A stretch of DNA of 38,819 nt, taken from the IMG/VR virus record IMGVR_UViG_3300027021_000013, positions 1 through 38,819 of that record; one strand, given 5' to 3'. Position numbers and translations under genes: made by a program. This DNA comes from a virus (taxonomy: Duplodnaviria > Caudoviricetes). A model generated the notes under the pieces. The model was not told the origin of the DNA. It saw only the letters and a program-made list of their open reading frames with translations, and ran no database searches. Of the stretch, positions 35,517 to 38,819 are shown piece after piece (position 1 is the first letter of the stretch; the number at the start of each line of letters is the position of its first letter).

Positions 35517-38500
35517 ATGGGAAAAGATAAAAAGGCAGATAAAATTTCGGAATGGCTCAGTAGTGGTGAGTACCAGACTGACATTGATGAAATGCGTACT
35601 TCTATAATGAGAGACGCTTCCACATCCAATAGTGAATCAACAACAGCTTCCATTTTTGAAAGAGAATTGTATTATTTTGTTCGAAGCAAAACTGGGCTAA
35701 AACTTGATTTTAAGAAAGAACAGAAAGTTGATAATATTACTCATAAATTTATGCGGTCACAAGTTCGCACATCCTCTTCTGGCCGTCTGGATGCTGTAAT
35801 TAACAATTTGATTATCGAGTATAAGCACCATTCAAAGTTAAATTCACAAGACCAATACAAAATAGCTTGTGAACAAATCGAGGAATATTTGGAGGCATTA
35901 TTAAAAAATGAGAATGAAAAATACAACGCGATCCTTACAGATGGTATTAGAATTGCATATTTTTCGTTCGTAGGTAATTCAATACAAAAGTCAGTATTAT
36001 CTGCCCTTGCAAATAGGGATATCGATTTGATTGTCAAAGCATTGGTAAATAACAATAAAAAGAAATTCGACCCAAGGAATATTCTCAAAGATTTCTCGAT
36101 TGACTCTGTGTCCGATTCTACATCGAAACGACTAGCAAGAAAACTATATGAATTATTAACTAAGAATTCAACTGATAAAACAAAAATGCTTTTTGAAGAA
36201 TGGCAAAACCTGATGCACCTTTCCGTTGAAGATAAGGGGAAAGGCAATGACATAGAAAAGAGGAGAAAAGATTTATCGCTTATTTTTTTAGACGATATTG
36301 ATTCACCAAAAGAAGAATACCAAGCACTTTATGCGTTGCAAACAACATATGCAATTATTGTTAAATTGATCGCCTGCAAAGTAATAGACAAATTGGACTA
36401 CAACAATGCTGCAAATACATACCATGATCTAACAATGGTAACATCCAAAGAAATGCAGAAGTTTTTTGTAAAAATGGAGGATGGATATTCCTATAGAAGT
36501 AGTAATATCTATAATCTACTCGAAGGAGACTATTTCTCATGGTATTCCGACGAAAATCAATGGTCAAAAGATTTATGGCAGCTGAAGCTGAATATCATAA
36601 AAGAAATAGATCAGTACTCAGCATTTAGTTTTAACATCATTTATGAACCTATTGATATTTTTAAAGATTTGTATATGAGCATAATTCCAAGATCAATTCG
36701 TCACTCAATGGGGGAATATTTTACTCCTCAATGGCTGGCTGACTATGTAGTTGGACGCGGACTCCAAATGGTGGATAGAAAAAGCTGGAAAGTAATAGAC
36801 CCTTGTTGCGGCTCTGGAATTTTTATCTTTTCAGCGATCAAACATATTGTTGGACGTATTAATATTCAGTCTTTAAGCGACAATGAAAAAATCAAGTTGC
36901 GAAATGAAATAATTAACAGGGTATATGGCATAGATATTAATCCTCTTTCAATACTTTCTGCAAGAGTAGGTTATTATCTTGCTCTTCAACCATTTGGTGA
37001 TATGAAAGATGTTGAAATCCCAGTTTACTTAGGAGACTCAGCCATTATCCCTGAACAAATAATACTCGATAATATCAAGTGTTATAAGTATGTTGTTGCA
37101 AATTCTAAATTGCCGTTTGAAATAATTTTACCTGAAAGGCTTGTTAAACAGACAAATTTTGGTCAACTTATGAATCAACTGCAGGCTTGCGTAAAAACTG
37201 AAGACAGCAAGATATTGTTTGAGGTGATAAATGGTAGCCTTGACCATACTGAGAAGAAATCAACAAAGCTTATAGATAGTATTAGAAAGTTATCTAAAAA
37301 TTTGACTACTTTACACAAAAACAATTGGGATGGCATTTGGGTTAGAATTTCCACGAACTTTATGCTTATTGCCAGACTATCAGAATTTGACCTTATTACG
37401 GGAAATCCTCCGTGGGTTAAGTGGGAACACCTTCCGTCGACTTATGCTAATCGCATTAAGGAAATGTGTAGTATTAAGCATATATTCTCTAATGATGGAG
37501 GTCAGTATGGGGGAACTCAATTAAACATATGTGCTTTAATTTCTAATGTAACAGCAAGCAATTGGTTAACAAAAAAAGGAGTTCTTGCGTTTCTTATGCC
37601 AGATAGCATAATGTCTCAGAATTCTTATGAGGAATTTAGAAACTTTTATATTGACTACGATAAGAAAATTAGACTATTTCTTCGTGAAATAGATCGATGG
37701 AAGGCTCCACTTAGACCATTTTGGTGCGATGATAAGGTAGTTACACAAGATTTTAATACTTATTACTACTCTTATAAACAGATCGATTACAAAAAGGGTA
37801 TTCCTGTTGTGGAAATTAGTAGAAAACCTAAAATTAAAGATGCCGTATTAAATCAGTATAATACATTTGATGAAGTAAAACCTTATTTGATATTTGGTGC
37901 TACAACCGCTAAACAATTATCGAATAAATCGACAGCTTTTTCATATATCAATGGAGGATATGATTTTTCAAAGATTATTGGACCGACTTCATACGAATAT
38001 AGGACTGGTGTTGAATTTACTCCTCAAGAGCTATATATGTTAGTAGGTAAAGGCCCATCTGCTAAATTAAGAAATTACCGCTTCGCAAACAAAACATTCA
38101 ATTTATCAAAATACAAAGTTGATGATACGCCAAAAGATGGTTGGGATTTTTCGACCGGATGCATATATCCAATAGTAACTGGACCAATAATAAAACCATT
38201 TAAGTACAAATATGCTAATGAATATTGTATTCTGCCATATGATAAAAAGGATACCAAGAATCCTATAGATGTAAATTCTATGATGGCAAAACATTCTGAA
38301 GTATTTAACTATTTGATCGATCATAAGGATAAAATAGACAGTCAGTCTGAGAAAAGCAAGATGATGCATCGTGGCAAGGAATTCTACGCATTATCTAAAA
38401 TTGGTCCGTACTCATTTGCTCCATATATAGTTGCAGCACGTGATAACAGTAAATTCTGCGCGACTGTTGTAAGGCCAATGAAAACGCCTTGGGGCGAAAC

Positions 38501-38819
38501 AAAATCAACCATATGTGTAAAGCACACAATCGTTATTGGAAGAAGAACCGATGGCACTTTTATCTCCGGCGATGAAGCTTATTTTATAAGTGGAATTTTG
38601 AACAGTAATGTTGTAGTTGATTATATACAAAGCACATTTAAGTCTAATGGTTACAGTTTAAATAAATCAAACATTTATCTTCCAGTGTATGATGATACAA
38701 TCCTTGATCATAAAAGAATATCTGAATTAGCTAAAAAAGCAGAGAAAGTAGACGATGTTAATTCCATACAAAACGAATTAACGGATTTGTACTTAAAGAT
38801 TTGTGAGAACAAAATCTAA
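35517..38819 (+). CDS. Single-chain restriction-modification enzyme (type IIG/IIL-like): nuclease, N6-adenine MTase and putative TRD
   Basis: GRLDAVINNLIIEYK (PD-(D/E)xK); GEYFTP; motif I DPCCGSG; GIDINP; motif IV GNPPW; C-terminal GILNS; RBS AGGAG; AT-rich. Confidence 0.85.
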   Translation: MGKDKKADKISEWLSSGEYQTDIDEMRTSIMRDASTSNSESTTASIFERELYYFVRSKTGLKLDFKKEQKVDNITHKFMRSQVRTSSSGRLDAVINNLIIEYKHHSKLNSQDQYKIACEQIEEYLEALLKNENEKYNAILTDGIRIAYFSFVGNSIQKSVLSALANRDIDLIVKALVNNNKKKFDPRNILKDFSIDSVSDSTSKRLARKLYELLTKNSTDKTKMLFEEWQNLMHLSVEDKGKGNDIEKRRKDLSLIFLDDIDSPKEEYQALYALQTTYAIIVKLIACKVIDKLDYNNAANTYHDLTMVTSKEMQKFFVKMEDGYSYRSSNIYNLLEGDYFSWYSDENQWSKDLWQLKLNIIKEIDQYSAFSFNIIYEPIDIFKDLYMSIIPRSIRHSMGEYFTPQWLADYVVGRGLQMVDRKSWKVIDPCCGSGIFIFSAIKHIVGRINIQSLSDNEKIKLRNEIINRVYGIDINPLSILSARVGYYLALQPFGDMKDVEIPVYLGDSAIIPEQIILDNIKCYKYVVANSKLPFEIILPERLVKQTNFGQLMNQLQACVKTEDSKILFEVINGSLDHTEKKSTKLIDSIRKLSKNLTTLHKNNWDGIWVRISTNFMLIARLSEFDLITGNPPWVKWEHLPSTYANRIKEMCSIKHIFSNDGGQYGGTQLNICALISNVTASNWLTKKGVLAFLMPDSIMSQNSYEEFRNFYIDYDKKIRLFLREIDRWKAPLRPFWCDDKVVTQDFNTYYYSYKQIDYKKGIPVVEISRKPKIKDAVLNQYNTFDEVKPYLIFGATTAKQLSNKSTAFSYINGGYDFSKIIGPTSYEYRTGVEFTPQELYMLVGKGPSAKLRNYRFANKTFNLSKYKVDDTPKDGWDFSTGCIYPIVTGPIIKPFKYKYANEYCILPYDKKDTKNPIDVNSMMAKHSEVFNYLIDHKDKIDSQSEKSKMMHRGKEFYALSKIGPYSFAPYIVAARDNSKFCATVVRPMKTPWGETKSTICVKHTIVIGRRTDGTFISGDEAYFISGILNSNVVVDYIQSTFKSNGYSLNKSNIYLPVYDDTILDHKRISELAKKAEKVDDVNSIQNELTDLYLKICENKI

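Overview
Apparently complete temperate siphophage (prophage) of a Bacillota host, probably Clostridia (inferred from gene families and AGGAGG-type RBSs). Gene order, left to right: tyrosine integrase, ImmA-like antirepressor, two tandem paralogous lipoproteins, cI/cro switch (three palindromic operators, consensus promoters), xis-like HTH, replication module (DUF2800-like nuclease, DUF2815 SSB, family A polymerase, VirE/VapE primase-helicase, repeat-rich ori candidate, VRR-NUC, SNF2 helicase), RinA/ArpU-like activator, HNH/cos, ParB-MTase, HK97-type head, long non-contractile tail with a -1 frameshifted chaperone, and a lysis cassette. Three accessory inserts stand out: (1) the lipoprotein pair with its own promoter inside the immunity region; (2) an AT-rich reverse-strand operon encoding a KTSC-like small protein and a Rad50/RloC-like zinc-hook ATPase with a putative HEPN tail, the best candidate for an undescribed defence system; (3) an AT-rich single-chain type IIG-like restriction-modification gene after the endolysin. 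All family calls come from motif recognition by eye; no database searches were run. att core sites are not visible in the window.
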